DNA of 64,000 bases, from the IMG/VR virus record IMGVR_UViG_2602041884_000001, positions 1 to 64,000 of that record. The stretch is one strand, 5' to 3'. The notes under the pieces are model-generated. The model was not told the DNA's origin. It made no database searches and saw only the letters and a list, made by a program, of their open reading frames with translations. Positions 54,544 to 63,667 of this stretch are shown here, one piece after another; within the stretch, counting starts at the first letter, position 1, and every line of letters begins with the position of its first letter. Position numbers and translations under genes: made by a program. The DNA comes from a virus (lineage: Duplodnaviria; Caudoviricetes).

Positions 54544-55095
54544 TCAGGCGTCGTAAACCCCGCGAAGGATTTCGAGGCTTGCGACGTTGCTTTCCCCGAT
54601 GAAGTCCACGAGCTCACTCCAGCTGTACGGCTTGGTTGTGGCACCAGTGACGTACCACTCCTGGGTATCGTACCAGATCGACTCGGAGTGCACGCCGTAC
54701 GATGACGGATCGAAGATCTGCTGTTTCCGAGCCACCACGCCGATAGCCGAGTAGGAGTAGACTCGGTTCCCGAAACGCTTCACGAAGGCGACTACCGGAG
54801 GATTCCCCTCGTGATCCGGCTTCGGCTCCTGGCTGGCGAACTTGGACTTCAGTGCCTCTCGAAGGAGGTTGATCTGATGATCACTTTCCTCGAGTCGTTC
54901 GTTGATCTCGCGACGTTCGCGTCGCGCCTGCTCGAGCATCTGCGACAGTGACATGGGATCACGACGCGACTCGGCGAGCACCTCCTCCGGCTGCGCCCGG
55001 ACGCGCTCGACACGAGCGTATGCCGCTCGGCACTTGGCGCGAGCCGAGGAGGTCTTCGGGTGTGTGCATTCCGCGTGAGACATTCGAGTTGCCAT
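54544..55095 (-). CDS. Hypothetical protein with N-terminal H/C motif and coiled coil
   Basis: SHAECTHPKT..ARAKCR; SD AGGAG. Confidence 0.7.
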   Translation of the reverse strand: MATRMSHAECTHPKTSSARAKCRAAYARVERVRAQPEEVLAESRRDPMSLSQMLEQARRERREINERLEESDHQINLLREALKSKFASQEPKPDHEGNPPVVAFVKRFGNRVYSYSAIGVVARKQQIFDPSSYGVHSESIWYDTQEWYVTGATTKPYSWSELVDFIGESNVASLEILRGVYDA

Positions 55096-55104
55096 GTTGT
55101 TCTC

Positions 55105-55308
55105 CTATCCTCTTAGCCTGATCTTTAGGCCAAGGTAATCCGAACCTGGTACTGGTTCCCAGGTCTTTTTTCCTTCGACTTTGACGACAAGGGAGCATAC
55201 AACACCCTTGGTCTCGTTATCTATCTGAGCCTTGACGGCATCCTCAAGAGTGTCGAAGGTTCCAGAGTACAGTGGAAACTTGAGGTATGAGATAACTAGT
55301 CTGTACAT
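55105..55308 (-). CDS. Hypothetical protein
   Basis: GTFDTLEDAVKA motif; SD GGGAG. Confidence 0.6.
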   Translation of the reverse strand: MYRLVISYLKFPLYSGTFDTLEDAVKAQIDNETKGVVCSLVVKVEGKKTWEPVPGSDYLGLKIRLRG

Positions 55309-55515
55309 TTACTCCCGCCTCGCCATTCCGGCCCCACCAGGGGGCGGTCGCCTTGGTGGTCTTACATTATCGAGGGTACCGTTCTCTACCCTGCGGAGAT
55401 ACTGCTTCGGGTCTCTCGCCCAGAGTTCATTCTGCCGTTCGGCCCGTGCTGCCAACTCTGCTGGCGTTTCTTTCTTCTTCGCAGTCGGCTGCCTGCGGAT
55501 GGGACTGCGCCCCAT
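55309..55515 (-). CDS. Small basic hypothetical protein
   Basis: ATG 55515 in frame; packed. Confidence 0.55.
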   Translation of the reverse strand: MGRSPIRRQPTAKKKETPAELAARAERQNELWARDPKQYLRRVENGTLDNVRPPRRPPPGGAGMARRE

Positions 55516-55519
55516 GACG

Positions 55520-55759
55520 CTAGAAGCAGTCGCCGTTGTGGACGAGGTTGCAGTCATCGCAGCGCTCCGGCTGACGCTTGCGCGACTGGCTGTACGTCAC
55601 GCCCTCTTCTTTTACTAGACGCTCGCCTCGATCGTTCTGAAATGCGGAGCTCGCAGCACAGGACTCATGCTTCCATGAAGCTCCCGACGGCTCGATGTCC
55701 TCGCCCTTCTCGATCGAGGTTCCGCACTCGATGCAGGCACCGTCGAACTTTGCTTTCAC
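55520..55759 (-). CDS. Small double zinc-finger protein
   Basis: GTG 55759; AKFDGACIECG...WKHESC and CDDCNLVHNGDC. Confidence 0.65.
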   Translation of the reverse strand: MKAKFDGACIECGTSIEKGEDIEPSGASWKHESCAASSAFQNDRGERLVKEEGVTYSQSRKRQPERCDDCNLVHNGDCF

Positions 55760-55983
55760 AGTGCCTTCTTCTCCTTGAAGTACTGGATCATATCGAAGAC
55801 CCAGATGACGAAGTCCGAAATGATAATCACCGCCGCCACCAGCGACAGCCAGTCGGTGGACTGTCCGCGCACGATCTCCGACAAGATCGTGCCGAACGCG
55901 ATCATCACAAGACTGTTTCGCCACAGCGGACTCTTTGGAAGTTCTGCCCTCAGCTTCTCCAGCTCATCCTTCTGTGCGATCAT
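55756..55983 (-). CDS. Two-TM membrane protein
   Basis: Two hydrophobic segments; 4-bp overlaps. Confidence 0.7.
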   Translation of the reverse strand: MIAQKDELEKLRAELPKSPLWRNSLVMIAFGTILSEIVRGQSTDWLSLVAAVIIISDFVIWVFDMIQYFKEKKAL

Positions 55984-56312
55984 TCTTTATCCTCCTCGTT
56001 GTTGTATGCCCAGCCGTCAAGCCACTCTTTTGCTAGCTTATCTGGCCGAATAAACGAGGCTGCCCAGCCGGTGTCCTCGTCTATGTTTTCTTGCAGGTGA
56101 ATGTTGCATACCGCAAATGCCCCAGACCCACCGTAACCTCCATCCTTTGGGAGGTAGAGGAACCTGGCCGTGTTGCCGCACGCCTGCCCCTTTAGATTCT
56201 TGCAGGCACAGGGTGGTCGATGACGACCGCGAAGCTTGAGCGCGTACGGAAACGAGGCGCGCGCAACGTCCCCACTCTTTACGCGAAGTATTCGCTCCAG
56301 GAACTTTGTCAT
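55980..56312 (-). CDS. Cys/His-containing hypothetical protein
   Basis: CAC...C...CNIH. Confidence 0.65.
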   Translation of the reverse strand: MTKFLERILRVKSGDVARASFPYALKLRGRHRPPCACKNLKGQACGNTARFLYLPKDGGYGGSGAFAVCNIHLQENIDEDTGWAASFIRPDKLAKEWLDGWAYNNEEDKE

Positions 56313-58219
56313 TTCATCAACCTCTTTCCCAGGTGCTCAACAACCTTCTTGTAGTCACTCGAGCTATCGACTTGAGCTGTATCGAAGCCGTGCTTGCTTG
56401 GGGTATCAACACCCATACCAACTGCCATGAGTGTTATGTTGTTACGCTTGCAGTACCTGATCTCTGACTGCATCACCTCTAACTCCTCCTGGTAGTTGGA
56501 AGCTGGCATAGCTCCGTCAGTGTAGTACATGACAATCTTGTCAGTTGCCCGAGACTTCTCGGCCTGCTTGCGATAGAACTGGAGGGTATGTCCGTCCAGG
56601 TTCGCCCCCGAGGCGTTGAGTGAGCGCAGGTTCTCGCGAGTCTTACCTCCCCACGGGTCCGACGCGGACTTGACTTTAGTCAGCACGGGCGCGTCCATGT
56701 CCTGGCTGTACCAGTCGGAGCAGTGTGCCCAAATCTCGAACGACACTCCGATGCGACTGCAGACGTCAGCCATAGCAAGCACTGCCATCTTCTCCATCTC
56801 GAGCGTCGCACCCTCCGATGAGCCTGATGCGTCCATGCCGATCACGACGTGATACGAACGCGAGTCTGGCACGATGCGTCGTGCGAACAGTCGATCATCA
56901 CTGAATGGAACACGCTTCGCGAGCGTCTTGCCTGCGATGCGCCCGCTCCTCTGGTTGCGATGATGCTCAACCCTGGCGTTGACTCCGAACGCCAGACGTG
57001 CTGCACCTACCGCATGCCCTATGTCACGCTCATTTGACTTGAGTGGATGAGGAGAGATCTGCGACCTCTTGTAGTTCGGTCCCTCGTTGTATTCGTATAT
57101 CTGCGGAGGCGAGATATTGACGGGGACATGATCGAAAGTGTCAATCATCGACATGACTTCGACAACCCTCTCTGGAGTCAGTCCGTCCTTGACGGGCTCT
57201 CCGTTCTCGGACGAACGACCGCCGAAGCCTCCACCTTCACCCACCTCCGTGCCGTGCCCGATGATCCGCTTAAGAAGCTTTCCGATCTCTTCGATCAGCT
57301 CCTGAAGCTGCTCATCACTGGCGCCACTGTCAACAAGCATGTACCCCTTGGAATTGAACCAAGACAGCTGCGCAAGCACACAATCAAATGTGTCGACAGT
57401 GTTGGTAGCACTGAGTGCCTCACGAGAGAGCCTGCTGACCTCCGGGTCACGCAGCAAATCGACAACTTCTTCGGCGAAGTATCCATCGATCTGGTGGCCA
57501 GTAGTCTTGAACATGAAGGCCATTCCGCACTGCATGTCAAGTTCCATGTCCGTGTAGAAGGTTACTCCATCTTTAGACTCAATGCCGTTGACCATAAAGT
57601 CGTCGTTGATTGCGAAGAAATTGTCTCGCTCTTCCTTGTCATTAGCGAGGCGCCTGGTATCGCAACGGATATCCTCGCTCATTAGCATGAGCATGCTCAG
57701 CCAGGGGTGCATAGCCTGATTGACATGCCAGATCAGGGGACCGTCCTTCGGCGCGCTTGTCGAGGGATTCAGCGACAGGCGGATGCGCTCGTAGAACTTC
57801 GTCGGGAGGCTGGGCCTGGCATCAGACCTGTGATCAATCAGGATATTGGCAACCCTGCCTCGACTGAAAGTGTCGAAGCTCCCGTGCATGATGTGACCAA
57901 TCTCGTGCTGAAGAACGGACGAGATATACTCCTGATTTGCGCAGGCCGGACACGCCTGAATGCCATACTCGCGAACACCGCACTGGCCGTTGTGCGACTG
58001 CACACTTGCGAGCGCAAGTGGCGGACAAATCCAGATGGTCTTTCCGTCCGTCATGGACTTATCGCCAGCCTCGAGCCGGAGGTTCGGCTTGCCGGTAGCC
58101 TGACGTGCATACGCCCGAAGGCCAGGAAGCAATCGCTTGAACCTCTGGGCGGCGACGACCGCGTCGTTGCGCTTAGCGCGGGTGCGGGTTGAAGTTGATT
58201 GTGCCTGTGAATGAGCCAC
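56309..58219 (-). CDS. VWA-domain protein with N-terminal HExxH (CobT-like)
   Basis: TDGKTI, QHEIGHIMH, SEDIRCD; MIDAS DASGSS, YTDG; LMAVGMG. Confidence 0.85.
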   Translation of the reverse strand: MAHSQAQSTSTRTRAKRNDAVVAAQRFKRLLPGLRAYARQATGKPNLRLEAGDKSMTDGKTIWICPPLALASVQSHNGQCGVREYGIQACPACANQEYISSVLQHEIGHIMHGSFDTFSRGRVANILIDHRSDARPSLPTKFYERIRLSLNPSTSAPKDGPLIWHVNQAMHPWLSMLMLMSEDIRCDTRRLANDKEERDNFFAINDDFMVNGIESKDGVTFYTDMELDMQCGMAFMFKTTGHQIDGYFAEEVVDLLRDPEVSRLSREALSATNTVDTFDCVLAQLSWFNSKGYMLVDSGASDEQLQELIEEIGKLLKRIIGHGTEVGEGGGFGGRSSENGEPVKDGLTPERVVEVMSMIDTFDHVPVNISPPQIYEYNEGPNYKRSQISPHPLKSNERDIGHAVGAARLAFGVNARVEHHRNQRSGRIAGKTLAKRVPFSDDRLFARRIVPDSRSYHVVIGMDASGSSEGATLEMEKMAVLAMADVCSRIGVSFEIWAHCSDWYSQDMDAPVLTKVKSASDPWGGKTRENLRSLNASGANLDGHTLQFYRKQAEKSRATDKIVMYYTDGAMPASNYQEELEVMQSEIRYCKRNNITLMAVGMGVDTPSKHGFDTAQVDSSSDYKKVVEHLGKRLMK

Positions 58220-59789
58220 TCTTGACCGCCCCCTTCTTCTTTGAGTGCGCGAGCACTACCTCCATCACCGTCTCTCTTGCCTCGGGCTCGAGATAATCGA
58301 GCACCGCAAGTCGGTATGCCTTCTCGAGATCGAACCAGGCTGTAGCTCGTGCGACCTTGATCTGATTACGAACACCCCAGGTGATCGGGAGCGTGCCGTC
58401 GTCCGACAACTCTCGAATATCCTTAGCGACTCGCATAAGTGTTTCGAGCATGTCGTCCTCGATTAGGTACTGATCGAGCTTGCATCGTTCAACGATGATC
58501 GAACGCTCGACACTCTCCGGTGGCATGTCGACGTAGATATGCATGAGGCGTGACCCGTCAGCATCACCGATCTGCTCAGCTCCGACGTTGCGGTGATCCC
58601 AGGCAGGGTTCATGGCGAGTCCGAGGAATGCGAACGGATGACGACTGATTGTCTCGCCCTCGTTCTTGTCGTTGACGAGTTGCTTGCTGTTGTCGGTGAG
58701 CGGTCGAATGTACTGCCACACCTCTGGTGGTCCGGTGTTCGGCTCATCCAACACAAGCACGTTCGGCTTTACCCAGGCCTTCGGAATGCGACCCGGCTTG
58801 AAGACCGTCTCGTTGTTCTCGAAGTGCATCTTCCCGGCCAGGTCGTCAATCTCCGAGTCTCGGGTGATCGAGATGCGCTCGAACGGAACCTGCATGAGCC
58901 ATGCCATGTAGCGGTAGAACTCCGTCTTACCCGTGCCAGCCTTGCCAACTAGCGAGGGCGTCTCATCGAGATGGAACCACAGTGCTGCGACAGTGAACGT
59001 CAGCTGCATGTGATCGACGTAGGTCTCGGGGTGCTCGTCGTCGCCGGTAGCGGGAATCTTTGCAGCCTCGACTGCCGAGAAGATCTCTCGCTTGAAGATC
59101 GGGATGAACAGCTCGCGTCCACCCATCGTGATTCGTCTCCAGGCGCGGATTCCCTGGGCATCCTGCTGCGCCGTGACGGCCCTATCGCTCGGATAGGTGG
59201 ACGGTTCGACGGTCATGTCGATCATGTCGTTAGAGGCGGCAGCGTTGTTCCGTTCGGGGAACAGGTGACGCTCTAGAGTTGGGTCGAGAACCAACGAATC
59301 GAGCAGGCCTCTGTAGTGGGCCTCGGGGTCGGTGACAGCCGATCGGGTAGACGAGTTGCACCCGCGTGCAATCATCGAGGCGCGCTGCTCTGGAATCAGC
59401 TTGCCATATCTCGCGCAAGCTCCCATCGGGATGGTAGTCTTCTCTATCATCTTTCCAACGGGAATGTGGAAGTAGCACGCGCGGCAAGAACCGGCCTTGC
59501 CGTTTGCCCCCGATACGTCCGTGTCCACCGTAGCGGCACTGCTAAAGATGCCGATACGAAGACGGTCAGTCTGGTCGGAAGAACTGATTTCCCTGTTGTA
59601 TGACGTGCAATCAGATGCGAAGTCTTCCATTGACTTGATCTGCTCTTCGGCAGACATGGTATCGACGGAGACGACTCGACCGATTGCTCGACACCCCACG
59701 ACTGGAATCGGGCTGCCGAATACTGCAACAGAGCTGTTCGATCCCAAGCGATTTGTGCAGTTCATGCACGACTTTACTTCATTGCTCAT
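58173..59789 (-). CDS. MoxR/CobS-like AAA+ ATPase with Cys-rich N-terminus
   Basis: GKAGTGKT, LVLDEPN, LAMNP, DADGSRL, WGVR. Confidence 0.88.
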   Translation of the reverse strand: MSNEVKSCMNCTNRLGSNSSVAVFGSPIPVVGCRAIGRVVSVDTMSAEEQIKSMEDFASDCTSYNREISSSDQTDRLRIGIFSSAATVDTDVSGANGKAGSCRACYFHIPVGKMIEKTTIPMGACARYGKLIPEQRASMIARGCNSSTRSAVTDPEAHYRGLLDSLVLDPTLERHLFPERNNAAASNDMIDMTVEPSTYPSDRAVTAQQDAQGIRAWRRITMGGRELFIPIFKREIFSAVEAAKIPATGDDEHPETYVDHMQLTFTVAALWFHLDETPSLVGKAGTGKTEFYRYMAWLMQVPFERISITRDSEIDDLAGKMHFENNETVFKPGRIPKAWVKPNVLVLDEPNTGPPEVWQYIRPLTDNSKQLVNDKNEGETISRHPFAFLGLAMNPAWDHRNVGAEQIGDADGSRLMHIYVDMPPESVERSIIVERCKLDQYLIEDDMLETLMRVAKDIRELSDDGTLPITWGVRNQIKVARATAWFDLEKAYRLAVLDYLEPEARETVMEVVLAHSKKKGAVKSGSFTGTINFNPHPR

Positions 59790-59845
59790 TGAGCCACTCC
59801 TTAAGGTAGTGATGTTATGGTTTGATTGACCTGTTCACATGCTAC

Positions 59846-59874
59846 ATAGTACCACATGCGACACAAAATGTCAA
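59846..59874 (-). promoter_or_regulatory. SigA-type leftward promoter for the AAA/VWA operon
   Basis: TTGACA, 17 nt ending ATGTGG, TACTAT. Confidence 0.8.
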
Positions 59875-60500
59875 TTCAATTCTTTCTTCCTACGATCTTC
59901 GTGAGCTCGATTCCACTCAATCCGATGGTGCTTGCACATCGGAACAACTCGATGCGACCGAACCTGCTGCATCTTGCAGCCTCGCTTGACTTGCGAGGCG
60001 AGCACGCCGTGAATCTGCATGTCGTCCTCTACGCAGACGACACACACTCGTTCGGGATGACTGATCATCCATGCTTGCTTCTTCTCGAGCGCGTATGTGG
60101 GATCTGGAACGATCTCGTATCCGGCTCCGATGCTCTCGCGTTCGAGACGATTCAGGATGCGGCGTACGCGCGTGACCTTGACGTAGTAGTCTTTCCAGAC
60201 TGGGAAGTTATCTCCGGTGATGTAGACGACCGTAACTGGCACAACCGGCTCGCGGTCCTCGGTTGCCATCGCGCTATTGAAGATGGATGCACACGCCTGC
60301 GTGTCTTCGTCGTCCCACTCGGGCAGGTCCGAGAAGATTGACTGCAGCCAGTGGTGGTGGATGATGCTGAACTGCCCGACGTTGGTCTCTACGAACGACG
60401 GCTCGTCGGGCACCGCGTCGACCATGACCTCCAGCCTGGCTGGCGTATCGTAGTCGCCGGACAGGGCCGGGTCGATGACCTCGGCTGAGATGATTTTCAT
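59871..60500 (-). CDS. Hypothetical protein with C-terminal zinc finger
   Basis: CVVC...PMCKHH; ATG 60500. Confidence 0.65.
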   Translation of the reverse strand: MKIISAEVIDPALSGDYDTPARLEVMVDAVPDEPSFVETNVGQFSIIHHHWLQSIFSDLPEWDDEDTQACASIFNSAMATEDREPVVPVTVVYITGDNFPVWKDYYVKVTRVRRILNRLERESIGAGYEIVPDPTYALEKKQAWMISHPERVCVVCVEDDMQIHGVLASQVKRGCKMQQVRSHRVVPMCKHHRIEWNRAHEDRRKKELN

Positions 60501-60727
60501 TCTTCGTACACCTCGATACCAGCTGCGTAGGATACCTCTTCGAGCGAGGCCTCGCACGTCAGATGGAACCATGTGACCTTGACGCGCTCGTTCGATGTTG
60601 TCTTAGTGCACGGCTGGCCTGCCGGTGCGAAACAGTTCAGGCACTCGAAGTTAATCGGCGTGAGTATGACATCACCGAGCTTCAGTTTCTTGACTTTCGT
60701 CTTCATTGGTGTCTCCTTTATCGGCAT
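60497..60727 (-). CDS. Small zinc-finger protein
   Basis: CLNCFAPAGQPC...FH. Confidence 0.6.
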   Translation of the reverse strand: MPIKETPMKTKVKKLKLGDVILTPINFECLNCFAPAGQPCTKTTSNERVKVTWFHLTCEASLEEVSYAAGIEVYEE

Positions 60728-61149
60728 GGGCCTTCGCCCGGCATGTACGAATCGATGAGTGCCGATGCGTCACCGATCTTGAGCCATGCTTTGTTGGTTT
60801 CGTTCTCGAGGTCGTACATGTCTCGCGACATCTTGACGACCGTGTTCGAGTCCTTTGACATGAGGTTGAGCTCGATCTGGCTAATCATGTTGCGCATCTT
60901 GCCGCGCGCGCGGGACAGCTCGCCCTGTCCTTCGCGCAGCTTCGTCACCGCATCGAGGTATGTGTTACACTCGCGCGACGAGACCGGAACCTCAACGCGC
61001 TTCTCTTCGATCTTCGTTTGTGTCACGATGACCGGATCGTGTGGTGTTACCTCTCGAGGTGGCTGGTTCTCGGCCCACAACAGCCATGACATGCCTGTGA
61101 TGAGGACTCCAAACGCGAAGGCCGCGACTACATTACGCTTTCTGATCAA
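60718..61149 (-). CDS. Membrane-anchored or secreted coiled-coil protein
   Basis: N-terminal hydrophobic segment, paired Cys. Confidence 0.65.
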   Translation of the reverse strand: MIRKRNVVAAFAFGVLITGMSWLLWAENQPPREVTPHDPVIVTQTKIEEKRVEVPVSSRECNTYLDAVTKLREGQGELSRARGKMRNMISQIELNLMSKDSNTVVKMSRDMYDLENETNKAWLKIGDASALIDSYMPGEGPCR

Positions 61150-61278
61150 CTACTCCTCCGCTCCCGACCAGGTGATGATCGTTTTTGTCTTTTCGTACAC
61201 AGCGACATGCTCGAATGGGTGGCCGAGCCGGAGGCAGCATACGTCTCCGTACTCGTTCACCGCTTTACATGCTTCCAT
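61150..61278 (-). CDS. Small C/H zinc-finger protein (42 aa), not in ORF track
   Basis: MEACKAVNEYGDVCCLRLGHPFEHVAVYEKTKTIITWSGAEE. Confidence 0.55.
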   Translation of the reverse strand: MEACKAVNEYGDVCCLRLGHPFEHVAVYEKTKTIITWSGAEE

Positions 61279-62158
61279 CTCGACTAGCCTTCCCCGGCGT
61301 CCAGACGCCGTACTTGTTGTCAACGTAGTCGACGAGATCGGGACGGTAGCTGATGCACTCGCTGCCGAGTCGGTAGTAGCGCGACTTGTCGTCGGTCAGT
61401 TCCCGACCACAGCGAACGCACTCGCTGTACCGATCGCCGTATCGGTCAGAGCATCCGGCCTTGTCCATCATAATCTGCGTCAGCAGATCGGCGATGACTG
61501 TTCCATGAATGCGATTGATTCCAAAGTTGTGACCAGACTTGCTGTATGTCTGGCGAGTCAGCCACTTGTCGGACGACTTCTGTTGAACGAGTCGGCGCTC
61601 GGAGCCGCGACTCGTGGGCTTGCGCGTGACGAGGCGCATGAACACCGTCTGCTTTCCATCGTCCGAGGTGACCGCGTAGCGCCCGTCTGGAACCATGTTG
61701 AGCACGTTGTACTCGAGGTACTCGACCTGCTCGACAGTGGGTGCGGGCATGGGCGATCGCGAGTACCAAGGCTTCTCGGTCGACAGATCTCGCTGATCGA
61801 GCGGAACCTTGGGCATACCCATGAGCGTTCCGATGATTGAACTGGCCTGCTGTGCGGAAACGAGCTCGCCCTCGATCCGGGCGAACCGCTCGCCACAAAG
61901 GTTCTTGATGTACTCCTGCTGCGGAAACGTCATAGCCTTTCCGCCCTTCATCTTGTCGGCACCGATTGCGATTGCTCGCTGTGCGATCAGGCCCAGTCCA
62001 GACGGCCCAGAGGATGCACCCACCAAGTCGTTACGCAGTGTCGTGAGCTTGTCGAGCTGAAGGTCGACCGCTATGATCATACCCTTCTTGAACTTGTTCA
62101 GTTCGTCGGCGATCTCGTCGATCTGTGCCTCGATTTCACGAGGTGTGAGTGCCATCAT
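61265..62158 (-). CDS. DUF6011-like zinc-finger protein
   Basis: CVRCGRELTDDKSRYYRLGSEC; VPDGRYAV. Confidence 0.7.
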   Translation of the reverse strand: MMALTPREIEAQIDEIADELNKFKKGMIIAVDLQLDKLTTLRNDLVGASSGPSGLGLIAQRAIAIGADKMKGGKAMTFPQQEYIKNLCGERFARIEGELVSAQQASSIIGTLMGMPKVPLDQRDLSTEKPWYSRSPMPAPTVEQVEYLEYNVLNMVPDGRYAVTSDDGKQTVFMRLVTRKPTSRGSERRLVQQKSSDKWLTRQTYSKSGHNFGINRIHGTVIADLLTQIMMDKAGCSDRYGDRYSECVRCGRELTDDKSRYYRLGSECISYRPDLVDYVDNKYGVWTPGKASRDGSM

Positions 62159-62372
62159 TCACCTCCAGTACCTCCGCCCAGCCCACGCGCTTGTCGTCCC
62201 GGTCGAGCATCTCGTACTCGATGACACTGTCCATCTCGAGTGTGCGCTTCAGCCGTGTTCCCGGGCGGAGGTTCCGCTCGAGCTCCGAGCGAGTGGCGAT
62301 GAAGTTCTTGGGCTGGCTGGTCTCGAACACCGAATTGTCCTCGTGGTGGAGCTTGCCGGTGTAGTTCGTCAC
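62136..62372 (-). CDS. Hypothetical protein
   Basis: SD AAGGAGG; GTGA overlap. Confidence 0.65.
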   Translation of the reverse strand: MTNYTGKLHHEDNSVFETSQPKNFIATRSELERNLRPGTRLKRTLEMDSVIEYEMLDRDDKRVGWAEVLEVNDGTHTS

Positions 62373-62551
62373 TTGCGATCCTCCTTTGCGAGCGCTCGGA
62401 ACATGACAGCAACCTCGGAGCCCTTGAGCTCCATGTCGGTTGCATAGAACAGCGTCTGGCCGCTCGCGTCCGTTCCGAGCATCACCACTGCAACCCTGTC
62501 ACAGGTTGCGAAGTTGTCGGCGTCGTCGTCGTAGTCGCTGCGTTCTTTCAC
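62369..62551 (-). CDS. Hypothetical protein
   Basis: GTG 62551 overlapping upstream stop. Confidence 0.5.
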   Translation of the reverse strand: MKERSDYDDDADNFATCDRVAVVMLGTDASGQTLFYATDMELKGSEVAVMFRALAKEDRK

Positions 62552-62922
62552 TTGCGCCGTCCGGTGATCAGTGCGTCGATGATCCAGACCGGAAGCCAGA
62601 GCCCGGCGGTCAGTACCGTCAACACAAAGTGCAGCAGGTGTGGGCATTTGCGATGCGACTCGTTGCTCGACAGGTTCACGACCTGCTGCACCGATGACGC
62701 CGGACCGGGCACGTAGGCGGGTTGCGGCGCAGGCTGCGGCTCCGTTGAAGCGTGGCGGAAGCACGGCACCGCGTACACGTCGGATAGCGAATACCCGGCC
62801 CGTGCGATGGCCGCGACGGCGGACTCGGCGGTGATGCGCTTGAGCACCTGGTGATGCCCGTCTCGGATTTCATACTCACGCTGGACCTGGACGGGTCCGG
62901 TGATCTCGTTGTGATTGCTCAT
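62548..62922 (-). CDS. Membrane protein
   Basis: HLLHFVLTVLTAGLWLPVWII motif; SD AAAGGGG. Confidence 0.7.
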   Translation of the reverse strand: MSNHNEITGPVQVQREYEIRDGHHQVLKRITAESAVAAIARAGYSLSDVYAVPCFRHASTEPQPAPQPAYVPGPASSVQQVVNLSSNESHRKCPHLLHFVLTVLTAGLWLPVWIIDALITGRRK

Positions 62923-62952
62923 GATTGATCCCCTTTCGGTGGTGGGTTGATA

Positions 62953-63038
62953 GTGGGAAGGGTGGACTCGAACCACCACAGCGCCTAGTTGGTGCGCCGT
63001 TCCAGTTCCGCTCCGCTACGCGTGGCGAACTTTCCCTA
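62953..63038 (-). ncRNA. tRNA-like element (non-canonical)
   Basis: Perfect T arm GGTGG-TTCGAGT-CCACC, acceptor-like GGGAAAG/CTTCCC, two internal hairpins, no canonical anticodon arm. Confidence 0.55.
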
Positions 63039-63055
63039 CGAGGCCTGCGCCTCGC

Positions 63056-63277
63056 CTACTCGCGATACCCAGGCGCCCCCGGGCCGTATCCGTCTGGTCG
63101 ACTCAATTCGCCGCGCTCGATGAGCACGGCTTCGATCGCCCACAGGTTGAGTCGCGCGGACTTGTCGCGCGGCCCAAACTTGCGGAACCTGGCGGACCAT
63201 TCCGCCCGTGCCTCGTGCAGTTCAGAGGTTGTTTCGTCGCGCGCAGAGCGTAGCGCGCGCTGGTGGTCCTCGGTCAT
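63056..63277 (-). CDS. Hypothetical protein
   Basis: ATGA overlap. Confidence 0.55.
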   Translation of the reverse strand: MTEDHQRALRSARDETTSELHEARAEWSARFRKFGPRDKSARLNLWAIEAVLIERGELSRPDGYGPGAPGYRE

Positions 63278-63408
63278 GCAGACTCGGCCTCGTTACGAGC
63301 ATCCATGCACACGTCGCACAGGTGCATGTCGAGCTCCTCGACGTAGTCGAACATCCAGTGTACGAACTCGCCGCATTCACCACACCGGGCGAGGTCGCGC
63401 GGTGCCAT
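63274..63408 (-). CDS. Small zinc-finger protein (44 aa), not in ORF track
   Basis: MAPRDLARCGECGEFVHWMFDYVEELDMHLCDVCMDARNEAESA. Confidence 0.65.
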   Translation of the reverse strand: MAPRDLARCGECGEFVHWMFDYVEELDMHLCDVCMDARNEAESA

Positions 63409-63409
63409 G

Positions 63410-63667
63410 CTAGCGCGCCAGTCCACAGGGACCGTGACCGGGCAGCCCGTCCAGGATGGCGATCAGGTCACGCGCGAGCCTGGCGAGCTGGCCCACCGGG
63501 TAGCTGTCGCCGTCCGACTCGGCGGCCTTCTTGAGCGCGTGCGTCAGCGGCAGTGTCCTGCCCATGATCGCGTACCCGGTCGCCCTCTTGAGCTCCTCGC
63601 CGGGTTCGACGCCGAACTCCTCGAGGTCGAGTTCCACTTCGCGGACGAGCTCGGAGTAGTTCTTCAT
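63410..63667 (-). CDS. Hypothetical protein
   Basis: SD AAAGGGG. Confidence 0.65.
   Translation of the reverse strand: MKNYSELVREVELDLEEFGVEPGEELKRATGYAIMGRTLPLTHALKKAAESDGDSYPVGQLARLARDLIAILDGLPGHGPCGLAR

Noticed and set aside
56309-59789. Cobalamin biosynthesis (cobS/cobT) interpretation
   Set aside because: No CobN or other cob genes; only generic MoxR/VWA family membership is supported
60563-61840. 425-aa + strand ORF
   Set aside because: Spans several well-packed - strand genes; composition looks like a shadow
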